Source: Candidatus Anderseniibacteriota bacterium
GTDB lineage: Bacteria; Patescibacteriota; Andersenbacteria; UBA10190
Assembly (NCBI GenBank): GCA_021414205.1
Contig: JAIOOW010000002.1
Location: 89,520-153,519 of the forward strand
DNA length: 64,000 nt
Direction of reading: 5' to 3'
Shown here: positions 39,053 to 48,484 of the stretch, one piece after another
How the letters are laid out: each line of letters opens with the position of its first letter
Position numbering within the stretch: the first letter of the stretch is position 1
Translations under genes and position numbers: made by a program
Notes under the pieces: model-generated
Databases searched by the model: none
The model's input: only the letters and a program-made list of their open reading frames with translations
What the model was told of the DNA's origin: nothing

Positions 39053-39409
39053 TCAAGAGAGCTCATCTGCATGCCCAGAGGTACCCCTAAACACGACTAC
39101 ATGGAGTATCTTACCTGGCGGATCCCGAACAAGCCAAAAGCGTTGGCCTACTAGAGGACAAGACTCTGTCATCCCCTTCCAAATCACCCACTCCTTATGT
39201 ATCTCTCGTGGATCTTGAAGCGATGCACGATACACCACTACACCACGCGCCCATAATCGATCAGCAATATAGCACTGACCACTTACAAGCTCTGTTGGCA
39301 TAATTGACTTCTGCACCCCGCGAGATCTAGGAATAACTACTACTAGAAAGAGTAGAAAAACCGGAATAAAAACCAACCAAGCAATAATCAAGAACTTAAC
39401 AATCAGCAT
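39053..39409 (-). CDS. Hypothetical small membrane-anchored protein (orphan insertion in the S10 cluster)
   Basis: ATG 39409 with AAAGGAAG RBS (the ORF track's upstream start is TTG); predicted N-terminal TM (by eye); no recognised family. Confidence 0.5.
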   Translation of the reverse strand: MLIVKFLIIAWLVFIPVFLLFLVVVIPRSRGVQKSIMPTELVSGQCYIADRLWARGVVVYRASLQDPREIHKEWVIWKGMTESCPLVGQRFWLVRDPPGKILHVVVFRGTSGHADELS

Positions 39410-39598
39410 CGCTATTCTTCCTTTCGAAATACTTATCTTTTCGGACAAGAGCCCAGAAAAGAATCAAGGGGAACGCCAATGGCCAGATCCTAAACAAAAA
39501 ATCAAGCGTATCTTCATCGATCTCCATGATCTCATACTCCCTCTTCTTGAGGATAAAACGAGCTATTTGCACATATACCCGTTGTATATTGCTATATC

Positions 39599-39627
39599 AT
39601 AATATATTAAAAAGTATTAATTGTCAA
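39599..39627 (-). promoter_or_regulatory. Sigma70-like promoter TTGACA-N17-TATTAT for the 39053-39409 gene
   Basis: Minus strand reads TTGACAattaatactttttaataTATTAT. Confidence 0.5.
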
Positions 39628-39639
39628 GTATTGATAGAT

Positions 39640-39679
39640 AAAAAAACGGCAGTCGAATCACGAAGTGAAACAACTGCCG
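39640..39679 (-). terminator. Rho-independent terminator of the 39700-40089 gene
   Basis: CGGCAGT-N19-ACTGCCG stem followed by UUUUUUU on the minus strand. Confidence 0.55.
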
Positions 39680-39699
39680 AAAAAGAGCTGTCCGCTATC

Positions 39700-40089
39700 C
39701 TACTTCACAAGAAGCCCCGTAGACGGATCTGCAAATCGCTCGAATAAACATTTCTGAGAAACCTCTTCTCCATTGGAAAGCGGAACAAAAGCCCCGGAAC
39801 CATTCGGGCAAAACTCGCGACGGATGTGTTCCGGAATTCCTTCTCGCAGTACTGCCAACCAGATTTCTCCGCCAACAGTCACAACGACAAACTTACCATT
39901 ATTATATCCGGAACTTCCAAGTTCGTTCTGTCGAACCTTTTCACCAATAACATACTCGGGAGATCCTTTGTGACCGTAGACCTGAAGGCCAGTCACGTGG
40001 ACAAAGCCGGCATGACGGAGAGTTTCTCTTTGCTCTTGCGTCGTCGGCGTTCCTTGAAAAATGGTGAATTGCTCAGTTGAAACGGACAT
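39700..40089 (-). CDS. Hypothetical soluble protein (orphan insertion in the S10 cluster)
   Basis: 129 aa; AAGGAG RBS 7 nt before ATG; own promoter and terminator; no recognised family. Confidence 0.5.
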   Translation of the reverse strand: MSVSTEQFTIFQGTPTTQEQRETLRHAGFVHVTGLQVYGHKGSPEYVIGEKVRQNELGSSGYNNGKFVVVTVGGEIWLAVLREGIPEHIRREFCPNGSGAFVPLSNGEEVSQKCLFERFADPSTGLLVK

Positions 40090-40105
40090 CTGTTACTCCT
40101 TCGCG

Positions 40106-40156
40106 CCTGCTGGCACTTCTAGCATACTTAAGCCCAAGACGGTTACCTGCTGGCAC
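40106..40156 (-). repeat. Direct repeat GUGCCAGCAGG (x2, 40 nt apart) in the 5' UTR of the 39700-40089 gene
   Basis: CCTGCTGGCAC at 40106-40116 and 40146-40156 on the plus strand, each followed by GCACTTCT-like sequence. Confidence 0.6.
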
Positions 40157-40183
40157 CCTATGCACTTCTCAAGCTCGATTGCA

Positions 40184-40211
40184 ATTATACATAATTATAT
40201 AAATTTGTCAA
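40184..40211 (-). promoter_or_regulatory. Consensus sigma70 promoter TTGACA-N16-TATAAT for the 39700-40089 gene
   Basis: Minus strand reads TTGACAaatttatataattatgTATAAT. Confidence 0.55.
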
Positions 40212-40237
40212 CTATTTATATAAAAAAATCCAGATAA

Positions 40238-40265
40238 CAAAAGACCCCTTTCTAAGGGGTCTTTT
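40238..40265 (-). terminator. Rho-independent terminator immediately after rpsJ
   Basis: AAGACCCCTT-TCTA-AGGGGTCTT perfect 10-bp stem then U-run on the minus strand. Confidence 0.65.
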
Positions 40266-40283
40266 GAGTGGCTTTTACGCCTA

Positions 40284-40628
40284 CTAGACAGTCTTCATTG
40301 ATACATCCACTCCTGCCGGTAAGTTAAGACTCATGAGAGTATCAACTGTTCGGGGTGTAGCCTGTACAATGTCGATCAATCGCTTATGTACTCGGATCTC
40401 ATATTGATCTCGTGCGTTCTTGTGAACGAACGTAGATCGGTTCACCGTGTACTTTTTCTTCGCAGTAGGAAGAGGGGTTGGACCGGCAACTTTCGCGCCG
40501 TCCCGCTCCACCGCATCCATAATCTGCTTTGCAGACTGATCGATCAACTTGTGATCGTATGCCTTCAGCTTGATCCGAATCTTCGGAACAGCTACTGGCG
40601 CTTCAGATTGTTTGGTAGCGTCGCTCAT
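40284..40628 (-). CDS. rpsJ: Ribosomal protein S10
   Basis: [15 protein letters not shown]...; start overlaps the tuf stop (TAATG). Confidence 0.9.
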   Translation of the reverse strand: MSDATKQSEAPVAVPKIRIKLKAYDHKLIDQSAKQIMDAVERDGAKVAGPTPLPTAKKKYTVNRSTFVHKNARDQYEIRVHKRLIDIVQATPRTVDTLMSLNLPAGVDVSMKTV

Positions 40629-41824
40629 TATTCAATGATTTTTGTAACAACTCCGGCACCAACGGTTCGTCCACCTTCTCGGATAGCGAATCGCATTCCG
40701 TCTTCCATCGCAACCTTTGAACCAAGTTCAACAGTGATTGAGATAGTGTCGCCTGGCATTACCATCTCTGTTCCTTCAGCCAAGAATACTTCTCCAGTTA
40801 CGTCCGTTGTTCGGATGTAGAACTGTGGCTTGTATCCCTTAAAGAATGGAGTGTGGCGTCCGCCTTCGTCTTTTGTAAGAACGTATACTTCAGCTTCGAA
40901 CTTCTTGTGAGGGTTGATAGAACCTGGCTTTGCAACAACCTGTCCTCGTTCAACGTCTTCTTTCTTCAAGCCTCGAAGAAGAACACCGGCATTGTCTCCA
41001 GCTCGTCCTTCATCTAATTGCTTGTTGAACATTTCGATACCGATAATTGTTGTCTTCTGCGTGTCGCGGATTCCAACGATTTCAGCTTCGTCTCCAACTT
41101 TGATAAGTCCTCGTTCGATTCGACCAGTAACCACAGTTCCTCGACCCTCAATAGAGAACACGTCCTCGATTGGAAGCAAGAATGGTTTGTCTACATCTCG
41201 AACTGGTTCTGGAATTGCTTCATCCAATGCTTGGATCAAGTCAAGAATAGGCTTAGCATCTGGATCGTTCAAATCCTTTGAAACCAATGCCTTTGTAGCA
41301 GATCCGCGAATGATTCGCGTATTAGCTCCATCGTATTCGTACTTTGTAAGCACGTCTCGGATTTCTTCCTCAACGAGGTCGATAAGTTCCGGATCATCAA
41401 CAAGGTCAACCTTGTTTAAGAATACAACGATGTTAGAAACACCTACCTGACGAGCCAAGAGAATGTGTTCTCGAGTTTGCGGCATCGGACCATCCGTTGC
41501 AGCTACTACGAGAATTGCTCCATCCATCTGAGCAGCACCGGTAATCATGTTTTTGATGTAGTCGGCGTGGCCTGGGCAGTCTACGTGTGCATAGTGTCTG
41601 TTGTCAGACTCATATTCACAGTGAGCGGTGGAAATTGTAATTCCACGAGCCTTAGATTCTGGAGATTTATCGAGATCATCGATAGACATCACCTTTTTAA
41701 CTCCGCCCTTCATGTTCATCACATGCAGGATTGCAGCAGTCGTGGTCGTCTTTCCATGGTCAACGTGACCAATGGTACCTACGTTCACGTGCGGCTTGTT
41801 TCGTACGAATTTTTCAACAGCCAT
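40628..41824 (-). CDS. tuf: Elongation factor Tu
   Basis: [24 protein letters not shown]. Confidence 0.95.
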   Translation of the reverse strand: MAVEKFVRNKPHVNVGTIGHVDHGKTTTTAAILHVMNMKGGVKKVMSIDDLDKSPESKARGITISTAHCEYESDNRHYAHVDCPGHADYIKNMITGAAQMDGAILVVAATDGPMPQTREHILLARQVGVSNIVVFLNKVDLVDDPELIDLVEEEIRDVLTKYEYDGANTRIIRGSATKALVSKDLNDPDAKPILDLIQALDEAIPEPVRDVDKPFLLPIEDVFSIEGRGTVVTGRIERGLIKVGDEAEIVGIRDTQKTTIIGIEMFNKQLDEGRAGDNAGVLLRGLKKEDVERGQVVAKPGSINPHKKFEAEVYVLTKDEGGRHTPFFKGYKPQFYIRTTDVTGEVFLAEGTEMVMPGDTISITVELGSKVAMEDGMRFAIREGGRTVGAGVVTKIIE

Positions 41825-41935
41825 AGGCTTAAAGTACTTAGAAATAAAATAATAAAATGCCCTCTGGCGTTTTATCCAGTTATTTTTCTTCCCTACAAAA
41901 AGAGCAGAAAAACAACCGCCTCAAGGTCGTATATA

Positions 41936-41964
41936 TTTGTACCAGAAGATAGTTTGCAAGTCAA
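41936..41964 (-). promoter_or_regulatory. Putative tuf promoter (TTGACT-N17-TACAAA, or TTGCAA-N18-TATATA)
   Basis: Good -35 element; -10 imperfect. Confidence 0.3.
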
Positions 41965-41966
41965 TA

Positions 41967-42003
41967 ATAAAAAAGGGCCGGATGAGTATGCACTCAAACG
42001 GCC
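41967..42003 (-). terminator. Weak hairpin plus U-tract terminator after the 42008-42802 gene
   Basis: GGCCG-N18-CGGCC stem followed by UUUUUU on the minus strand. Confidence 0.35.
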
Positions 42004-42007
42004 GCTA

Positions 42008-42802
42008 TTAATCTTTCAGGGTTACCAGATAGTCGAAGAAATCCGTGGCTACGTCCAGGAATTGTGCTGGCTCAGTCTCCAGATACTGGATGCAGAAACT
42101 ATTCACCCGGGCATCGTTTCCTGCTCGAGTCCTTTTCACAAGAAAATCCAATACCGTTTGCGCATTACTAGCCACAGCATCCCTGCTTTTTGCCAGAACG
42201 AGCCCTTTTTCAAGAAGTTTTCGCCACTCATAGACCTCGGGCAATAATGCCACCGTGGATCGCAATGTATGCGCAAGAGGGTTTGGATAGTTGGCGAGCT
42301 TACTTGCAACTTCGTTGCTCCGGTATAGCACTATCTCAGATCCATCTTCAACGAACTTTGAAAACGCGTACCCTTGCGCATCAACCTCAAGTGGCGCGGA
42401 AAGGAATTTCCACATCTCCTGCACAAGACCGTTCGCCTTGCTTTGAACAATACGCACGCGTTTTCGCATGTATTGCTGCCACACCAGATCTTGCAACGCC
42501 TGATACGCGTGTCGAAGTTCGTGACAGAGGACAAATCTCTGCACACCCTGCTGCCGAGCAAAGAAGTACTCACCCAATGCGATATGGGGAGCTGGATTCA
42601 TAGAAAACCCAGCACTACTTGTTTCAGGGTTGCAAAGCCGCGTACCAACCGTCTCCCACCCCTGAAGACTGCAAACATCCGCATATTGAAGCGGAGGAAT
42701 TGCAAGATCTTCTAAGGCCATAATGATGTCAGCATTACAAATCAAATGCATCGCATCCTGCTGCCTTCCAGGGAGAGTAACAATGCGCAAGATGTTCTGC
42801 AT
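42008..42802 (-). CDS. DUF4157-like zincin (HExxH) domain protein, orphan insertion between fusA and tuf
   Basis: GEYFFARQQGVQRFVLCHELRHAYQ resembles the DUF4157 block (Y-F-A-R ... HELxHvxQ); own promoter and AGGAG RBS. Confidence 0.5.
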   Translation of the reverse strand: MQNILRIVTLPGRQQDAMHLICNADIIMALEDLAIPPLQYADVCSLQGWETVGTRLCNPETSSAGFSMNPAPHIALGEYFFARQQGVQRFVLCHELRHAYQALQDLVWQQYMRKRVRIVQSKANGLVQEMWKFLSAPLEVDAQGYAFSKFVEDGSEIVLYRSNEVASKLANYPNPLAHTLRSTVALLPEVYEWRKLLEKGLVLAKSRDAVASNAQTVLDFLVKRTRAGNDARVNSFCIQYLETEPAQFLDVATDFFDYLVTLKD

Positions 42803-42859
42803 AGCACTCGCTCCTTTCTCATAGAAAGTGTTAACGATCAGTCAAAATAGGGAAATCAC

Positions 42860-42887
42860 ACTATACCCTATCTCCTCAAAAAGTCAA
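42860..42887 (-). promoter_or_regulatory. Sigma70-like promoter TTGACT-N16-TATAGT for the 42008-42802 gene
   Basis: Minus strand reads TTGACTttttgaggagatagggTATAGT. Confidence 0.5.
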
Positions 42888-42894
42888 TCTATGA

Positions 42895-43341
42895 TCAGTC
42901 CTGCAGATGCGGGCTTAAGTCGCCTCTATCAGATTCGAATCGGATTTTTGGTACAGGAGGAGGTGTTGGGCGAGTGTACATATTCAAATCATCATCCTCA
43001 TGCACCTCTTCTGCAATATCATCAATTTCATCCTCTTGTTCAAATTGTTCCTGCGCAGCAGTTAAGGCAATATCCCGGTTGATACGGTCAATCACATCAT
43101 CCCCGATTTCCGCATCAATATTTTTCCGAATAGCACTTGCCATCGTATCTGTATCCAAAAATAACTCTAATTGCTGTTCTTCTTGGTGCATTGCCATATG
43201 CTCTTCTTCAAGCGCTTCTCGAGATGCCAATACGAATTCCCGACCCTCATCGTCCATAAATGTAAACTTTCCGCCTAAATCCGATAACACCTGTAAAATC
43301 GGCTCTAATGTTTCTTTAATTGTTTTGGATTCTGTTTGCAT
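42895..43341 (-). CDS. Hypothetical highly acidic protein (Asp/Glu-rich), start at ATG 43341
   Basis: 148 aa; EEEHMAMHQEEQQLE, EDEIDDIAEEVHEDDD; the ORF track's upstream start is TTG. Confidence 0.45.
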   Translation of the reverse strand: MQTESKTIKETLEPILQVLSDLGGKFTFMDDEGREFVLASREALEEEHMAMHQEEQQLELFLDTDTMASAIRKNIDAEIGDDVIDRINRDIALTAAQEQFEQEDEIDDIAEEVHEDDDLNMYTRPTPPPVPKIRFESDRGDLSPHLQD

Positions 43342-43363
43342 GTATTTAAAGTATAGGGAGAAC

Positions 43364-43388
43364 AAAAAACGCGCAATGCGCGTTTTTT
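43364..43388. terminator. Bidirectional A6-CGCGC-AAT-GCGCG-T6 terminator after fusA
   Basis: Perfect palindrome with flanking A-run and T-run. Confidence 0.45.
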
Positions 43389-43391
43389 GTA

Positions 43392-45485
43392 TTATTTCTT
43401 TGCTCGTGTTCCTGCAATTTCTTCTTGAATGTTTCTCGGAACTTCTTCGTAATGGTCGAAGTGCATCGTATAGTTCGCACGCCCTTGGCTCATAGAGCGG
43501 ACCGTCGTTGCGTATCCGAACATTGATCCAAGCGGAACAATTGCATCGATAACTTTAAGATTGGTTCGATCTGTAAGAGATAAGATTTGTCCCCGCCTGG
43601 AATTCAAGTCTCCTACAACATCTCCCATGTATTGCTCAGGAGTTACTACTTCAACTTTCATGATTGGCTCAAGAATAACCGGATCAGCATTTTTCATAGC
43701 TTCTCTAAATGCCATTGCACCCGCAATCTTAAACGCGATTTCAGATGAGTCCACATCGTGGTAACTTCCATCAAATGCAGTTGCCTTTACGTCCACAACA
43801 GGGAATCCGGCAACAATACCGTTCTTCGAAGCTTCATCAACACCCTTTCCAATTGCTGGTAGGTATTCCTGTGGAATAACTCCACCCTTGATCGCTTGCT
43901 CATATTCAACACCTTTTCCGCGATCCTGCGGTTCCAATCGAATCCATACGTGTCCGTATTGTCCGCGTCCTCCAGACTGCTTGATATACTTTCCTTCTGC
44001 TTCAACGGTCTTTCGAATTGTTTCCTTATAGGCAACCTGCGGCTTTCCAACGTTTACTTCAACGCCGAATTCTCGCTTCATACGGTCAACGATAATTTCC
44101 AAATGCAATTCTCCCATTCCTTCCATAATCATCTGCATCGTCTCTTCATCAGTATGCGCTCGAAGGGTCGGGTCTTCTCCCATAAGCGCCTTCAATGCCA
44201 TACCCATCTTTTCTTGGTCTGCCTTAGACTTCGGTTCGATCGCAAGAGAGATAACTGGTTCATGGCCCACGATACGTTCCAAAATAATCGGCGCATCTTC
44301 CGCACATAGCGTATCCCCTGTCGTCGTCGCCTTCATACCAACTAGGGCACCAATTCCACCGGCAGAAATTTCCTCAACTTCTTCTCGCTCGTTAGCATGC
44401 ATGCGCAAGATTCGGCTAATACGTTCTCGCTTTCCGTTCGAAGCGTTGAGTACGTAAGATCCTGTCGTAAGCTTTCCGGAATATACACGGAAGAATGTAA
44501 TCTGCCCGACGTATGGGTCGGTCGCAACTTTGAACGCAAGCGCTGCGAAGGGCTCTGTATCTAAAGGCTTTCGAATAAGAACCTTTTCCGGATCATCAAC
44601 ATCAACACCCTCAACTGGAGGAACGTCAGATGGTGAAGGCAAGTATGCAACAACTGCATCAAGCATTCGCTGTACGCCCTTATTCTTCAACGCCGTTCCG
44701 CACAAAATTGGAACAACCTTGCTTGCAATAACAGCAGATCGAAGTACTGCGTTTAATTCATCAACAGAAATATCTTCTCCGTTTAAATATTTCTCCGTAA
44801 GAGCATCATCAAACCCGGCGATTACATCAACCATTTCTGCACGTCGAACCTTTGCATCTTCCAATAATTCTGCAGGGATATCTTTTTCCACAATCGTCGT
44901 TCCCATTTCTCCTTCGAAGTACCACGCCTTCATAGAAAGCAAATCGATAATACCTTCAAACGCTTCTTCGGATCCGATTGGGAGCGTTAAAATCACGGTC
45001 GTTTTCGTAAGTCGTTCGTGAATAGAATCAACTACTTTCCAAAAGTCTGCGCCCGTTCGATCAAGTTTATTTACGAAACACATGCGCGGAACTTTGTGCT
45101 TGTCCGCTTGGCGCCACACTGTTTCTGATTGCGGCTCAACTCCGGCAACGCCGTCGAATACAACCACAGCTCCGTCCAATACGCGCAAGCTTCGCTCTAC
45201 TTCAACGGTAAAGTCTACGTGCCCTGGTGTATCGATCAAGTTTAATCGGTACCCTTTCCAAAATGCCGTAGTCGTCGCAGAGGTAATCGTAATACCGCGC
45301 TCTCGTTCCTGTTCCATCCAGTCCATGACGGTATCCCCCTCATGCACTTCACCAATCTTGTGAGTTAATCCTGTATAAAACAAAATACGCTCCGATACCG
45401 TTGTTTTTCCAGCATCGATGTGCGCAATAATTCCAAAATTTCTTACCTTCTCAATAGGTACCTGTGGGAACTTTGTATCGGCCAT
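43392..45485 (-). CDS. fusA: Elongation factor G
   Basis: [22 protein letters not shown]; 697 aa. Confidence 0.95.
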   Translation of the reverse strand: MADTKFPQVPIEKVRNFGIIAHIDAGKTTVSERILFYTGLTHKIGEVHEGDTVMDWMEQERERGITITSATTTAFWKGYRLNLIDTPGHVDFTVEVERSLRVLDGAVVVFDGVAGVEPQSETVWRQADKHKVPRMCFVNKLDRTGADFWKVVDSIHERLTKTTVILTLPIGSEEAFEGIIDLLSMKAWYFEGEMGTTIVEKDIPAELLEDAKVRRAEMVDVIAGFDDALTEKYLNGEDISVDELNAVLRSAVIASKVVPILCGTALKNKGVQRMLDAVVAYLPSPSDVPPVEGVDVDDPEKVLIRKPLDTEPFAALAFKVATDPYVGQITFFRVYSGKLTTGSYVLNASNGKRERISRILRMHANEREEVEEISAGGIGALVGMKATTTGDTLCAEDAPIILERIVGHEPVISLAIEPKSKADQEKMGMALKALMGEDPTLRAHTDEETMQMIMEGMGELHLEIIVDRMKREFGVEVNVGKPQVAYKETIRKTVEAEGKYIKQSGGRGQYGHVWIRLEPQDRGKGVEYEQAIKGGVIPQEYLPAIGKGVDEASKNGIVAGFPVVDVKATAFDGSYHDVDSSEIAFKIAGAMAFREAMKNADPVILEPIMKVEVVTPEQYMGDVVGDLNSRRGQILSLTDRTNLKVIDAIVPLGSMFGYATTVRSMSQGRANYTMHFDHYEEVPRNIQEEIAGTRAKK

Positions 45486-45500
45486 ATGTAATATAAAAAA

Positions 45501-45977
45501 TTAACGAGCAAAATGAGAGAACGCTCGGTTCGCCTCAGCCATTCGATGCATGTCTTCACGCTTCTTCATAGCTCCGCCTTCTTTATTCGAAGCTTCAATA
45601 AGTTCTGCGGCAAGCTTTTCTGCCATCGATTTTCCACCGCGAGATCGCGATGCATCACGAAGCCATCGCATAGAAAGCGTGTCTTTGCGAGCAGGGCGTA
45701 CTTCTTGCGCGATTTGATAGTTAGCACCACCAACTCGGCGAGCCTTTACTTCAAGTACTGGCGCAACGTTTCGAAGCGCAGCATCAAACACCATAAGAGG
45801 ATCGTTCTTTGTCTTCTCAGAAATAATCTCAAGAGCATCATACATTACTCGCTGAGCCGTGCTCTTCTTTCCATCATACATGATGTAGTTGATAAACTTA
45901 GACAACGCCAAGTTTCCGAACTTTGGATCCGGCTGCAAATGTTTCTTATTCTTATATACTCGCTTTTTTCGTGGCAT
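45501..45977 (-). CDS. rpsG: Ribosomal protein S7
   Basis: 158 aa; operon position after rpsL. Confidence 0.9.
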   Translation of the reverse strand: MPRKKRVYKNKKHLQPDPKFGNLALSKFINYIMYDGKKSTAQRVMYDALEIISEKTKNDPLMVFDAALRNVAPVLEVKARRVGGANYQIAQEVRPARKDTLSMRWLRDASRSRGGKSMAEKLAAELIEASNKEGGAMKKREDMHRMAEANRAFSHFAR

Positions 45978-45985
45978 AAAATAGA

Positions 45986-46408
45986 TTATTCAGATTTTGG
46001 TTTCTTAGCTCCGTATCGGCTTCGTCCTCGTCGTCGAGCCTCAACTCCAACAGTATCGAGCACGCCTCGCACTACCTGGTATCGAATACCTGGCAAGTCT
46101 TTTCTTCGTCCGCCTCGGATTACTACGATGGAATGCTCCTGGAGGTTATGACCTTCGCCTGGGATAAACGCAGTAACTTCCATTCCGTTCGTAAGTCGCA
46201 CACGAGCAACTTTTCGAAGAGCGGAGTTCGGTTTCTTTGGAGTCATCGTCTTTACCTGCAAGCATACTCCACGCTTAAACGGGGATCCTTTAGGAAATAC
46301 CGTTGGCTTGTCGATTAATGTATTAAAACCTCTCTGCAGGGCAGGAGTCTTGGATTTCGATGGTTTCCGTTCTCGGTTTTTTCGTACTAATTGATTAATA
46401 GTTGGCAC
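45986..46408 (-). CDS. rpsL: Ribosomal protein S12
   Basis: [10 protein letters not shown]...[10 protein letters not shown]. Confidence 0.95.
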   Translation of the reverse strand: MPTINQLVRKNRERKPSKSKTPALQRGFNTLIDKPTVFPKGSPFKRGVCLQVKTMTPKKPNSALRKVARVRLTNGMEVTAFIPGEGHNLQEHSIVVIRGGRRKDLPGIRYQVVRGVLDTVGVEARRRGRSRYGAKKPKSE

Positions 46409-46441
46409 AGAATTGTAGTGTAGGCAATCGGGGAAAAAATG

Positions 46442-47128
46442 TCAAAGAATATGCACAAGATCCGTAAACGGCACCCCCATAATGTACGCCGTAAGGCTGA
46501 ATGCGGGCAAGAAAACGAATTGAGTCAAGAACCCAGGAGCTAAAATAATAATGCCGAGCAAGATAAACATGCCATACTGCTCAAATCGAGCGATCAGGTC
46601 TGGGCGCTTGTCAAAAAACAAGAATAAAACCTTCGACCCATCGAGGGGCGGGATCGGCATCAAGTTAAACATCATCAAAATACCGCTCACTAACCCGATA
46701 ATGAGGAATAAATATGGCATTGCCGTATTTTCTGGGGAAATCCTATACAGCAATCCGGAAACCAAAAGAATTATAAAGTTCGTCACTGGCCCGGAGAGCG
46801 CCACGATAACAGGTCCCCATTTCCCATATTTTAAGTTGTAATAATTCACTGGTACCGGCTTTGCCCATCCAAAGACGAATCCCGCATGACTAACTATAAG
46901 TAATAGTGGAATAACAATAGTTCCCCACATATCCACATGCTTAATCGGGTTTAAAGATAGTCGGCCAGCATATTTTGCCGTGGGGTCTCCAAGCTTGTTT
47001 GCTACCCAGCCGTGAGACACTTCATGCAAAATAACGCCCACTCCTAAAGCTACGATAGATGCTGTAATACTAAGACTTTGCGGGATTTGAGAAATATCAA
47101 TCATACAATTACCATACCATAGTTGCAT
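46442..47128 (-). CDS. Site-2 protease family (peptidase M50) membrane metalloprotease
   Basis: HEVSHG (HExxH) and NLMPIPPLDGSKV (LDG) motifs; polytopic. Confidence 0.7.
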   Translation of the reverse strand: MQLWYGNCMIDISQIPQSLSITASIVALGVGVILHEVSHGWVANKLGDPTAKYAGRLSLNPIKHVDMWGTIVIPLLLIVSHAGFVFGWAKPVPVNYYNLKYGKWGPVIVALSGPVTNFIILLVSGLLYRISPENTAMPYLFLIIGLVSGILMMFNLMPIPPLDGSKVLFLFFDKRPDLIARFEQYGMFILLGIIILAPGFLTQFVFLPAFSLTAYIMGVPFTDLVHIL

Positions 47129-47150
47129 TTTATTTCTATCTTATTTATAG
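47122..47150 (+). promoter_or_regulatory. Sigma70-like promoter TTGCAT-N17-TATAGT for rpmB
   Basis: Read directly; ~12 nt leader without SD. Confidence 0.45.
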
Positions 47151-47162
47151 TAATCCCTATCT

Positions 47163-47354
47163 ATGGCACGAATTTGTGAAATCTGCGAAAAGCGAAAACA
47201 ATCGGGCAACCACCGAAAGCTGTTGCGCGGTCATTATAATATCACCGGAAAGCGTTTCTTTAAGCCGAATCTCCAAAAGACACTGCATGAGGGTAAAAAA
47301 GTACTCGCTTGCGTAAACTGCATCCGCACCCAAGCGAAACACGCCGCAGCGTAA
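47163..47354 (+). CDS. rpmB: Ribosomal protein L28
   Basis: MARICEICEKRKQSGNHRK...; 63 aa. Confidence 0.85.
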   Translation: MARICEICEKRKQSGNHRKLLRGHYNITGKRFFKPNLQKTLHEGKKVLACVNCIRTQAKHAAA

Positions 47355-47366
47355 CCCAAATAGCCT

Positions 47367-47391
47367 AAACACCCCGCAAAGGGGTGTTTTT
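47367..47391 (+). terminator. Rho-independent terminator after rpmB
   Basis: AAACACCCC-GCAAA-GGGGTGTTTTT. Confidence 0.65.
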
Positions 47392-47402
47392 ATATAGAGT
47401 AC

Positions 47403-47431
47403 TTGACTTTTTATAATATATGGATTATAAT
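47403..47431 (+). promoter_or_regulatory. Consensus promoter TTGACT-N17-TATAAT
   Basis: Read directly; drives the 47511-47873 gene (AAGGA RBS). Confidence 0.5.
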
Positions 47432-47510
47432 AGTACGTTGGTCTTTTTTCAACCTTTGGCACATGCGTGCCCCGCCATCTCAACGGTTTTGAGGCAATGC
47501 AAAGGATTGC

Positions 47511-47873
47511 ATGATGAGAAAAGTCTTGGAAGAATGCGTGCTGATTTCAATCGTTCTCGGCTTTCCGCTAGCAATGATACTAGCGATACCCGGAGATGGG
47601 AAAATCGCCATCCTATCGATGCTGCCGATTTTCATACTCGGCGGAATTGCATGGATGAAGCTGGGTCTTCGCGAACAACTCTTCTTTGAGCCATGGATCG
47701 CTAAGTGCCCAATGTTCGGCGTACCGATTCTGGTAACACTGCTTGCAGGTATCGTCTTCGGAGAAATGCGGATCATTATTCGCACAAAACTCCCCGAACT
47801 TGCTATCCAAAAGCCAGCAACCCAAAAAGAAGTCCAGCAAGCGCTCGCAGAAGAATTCCCTGAGTTTCGCTAG
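47511..47873 (+). CDS. Hypothetical small membrane protein (3 TM)
   Basis: 120 aa hydrophobic ORF with promoter, RBS and terminator. Confidence 0.5.
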   Translation: MMRKVLEECVLISIVLGFPLAMILAIPGDGKIAILSMLPIFILGGIAWMKLGLREQLFFEPWIAKCPMFGVPILVTLLAGIVFGEMRIIIRTKLPELAIQKPATQKEVQQALAEEFPEFR

Positions 47874-47904
47874 AAAGTATCAACGTGATTTGCATCTTTG
47901 ATTA

Positions 47905-47945
47905 GTCGCCCGATTGGTTTACTCCGACGGGCGATATTTATTTTG
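47905..47945 (+). terminator. Hairpin plus T-tract terminator
   Basis: TCGCCCG-N15-CGGGCGA then TATTTATTTT. Confidence 0.45.
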
Positions 47946-48069
47946 TTAAATAATATTGACAAAATTTTTCACCATTCGTACATTGATAATGGTTAAGTAA
48001 TTCGATGCTGTAGGAATCTTTCATAAGAAGGAAGCAGCAAAGAGAACGCACATTTGGAAGGATCTCGTA

Positions 48070-48435
48070 ATGTTTCTCGGACCGCGCCTCATCGACCTAG
48101 TCTGCCTCACTGTTATTGCAGCTATTATTGGCAGCTCCTACATCCAAGAATATCGGTACCACAACACTACCCCATCTGAAGTAAAACAATTTCATACAAC
48201 AATGGCCCGCAAGCTACGGCAAGCCGAGAATAGCGATTTTTTCGAATTGATCGATAATCGAATCGGCATAGTCGTCATGCAAAAACCAAAATTCGACGCC
48301 ATCTTTTTCAAGCTTCATCCACATGACAAGGTTCGAAAAATGAGCTGCTTTAAGCTTGGCAAACTAACGAAAAGAATTATACAAAAAGATACTGACGAAT
48401 GGCATGATATGGCAGGGCTATTCTTGCGACATTAG
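48070..48435 (+). CDS. Hypothetical protein with N-terminal TM
   Basis: 121 aa; GGAAGGA RBS 8 nt upstream; TTGACA-N17-TACATT upstream at 47956-47984. Confidence 0.45.
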   Translation: MFLGPRLIDLVCLTVIAAIIGSSYIQEYRYHNTTPSEVKQFHTTMARKLRQAENSDFFELIDNRIGIVVMQKPKFDAIFFKLHPHDKVRKMSCFKLGKLTKRIIQKDTDEWHDMAGLFLRH

Positions 48436-48452
48436 CATTACTTACCTCAAGT

Positions 48453-48484
48453 CCACAAGACTATCAAATCTTGTGGGCATTTTC
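48453..48484 (+). terminator. Rho-independent terminator (CCACAAGA-N8-TCTTGTGG then T-run)
   Basis: Perfect 8-bp stem between convergent genes. Confidence 0.55.

Noticed and set aside
36784-42247. Multiple plus-strand ORFs of 85-260 aa (e.g. 36784-37197, 37794-38141, 40914-41450, 41465-42247)
   Set aside because: All lie antisense inside strongly supported ribosomal-protein, tuf or zincin genes. Their Ser/Arg/Pro-rich low-complexity translations are typical of reverse-frame artefacts.
47157-47483. 108-aa minus-strand ORF
   Set aside because: Antisense to rpmB (L28) and its promoter and terminator; no RBS; spurious.
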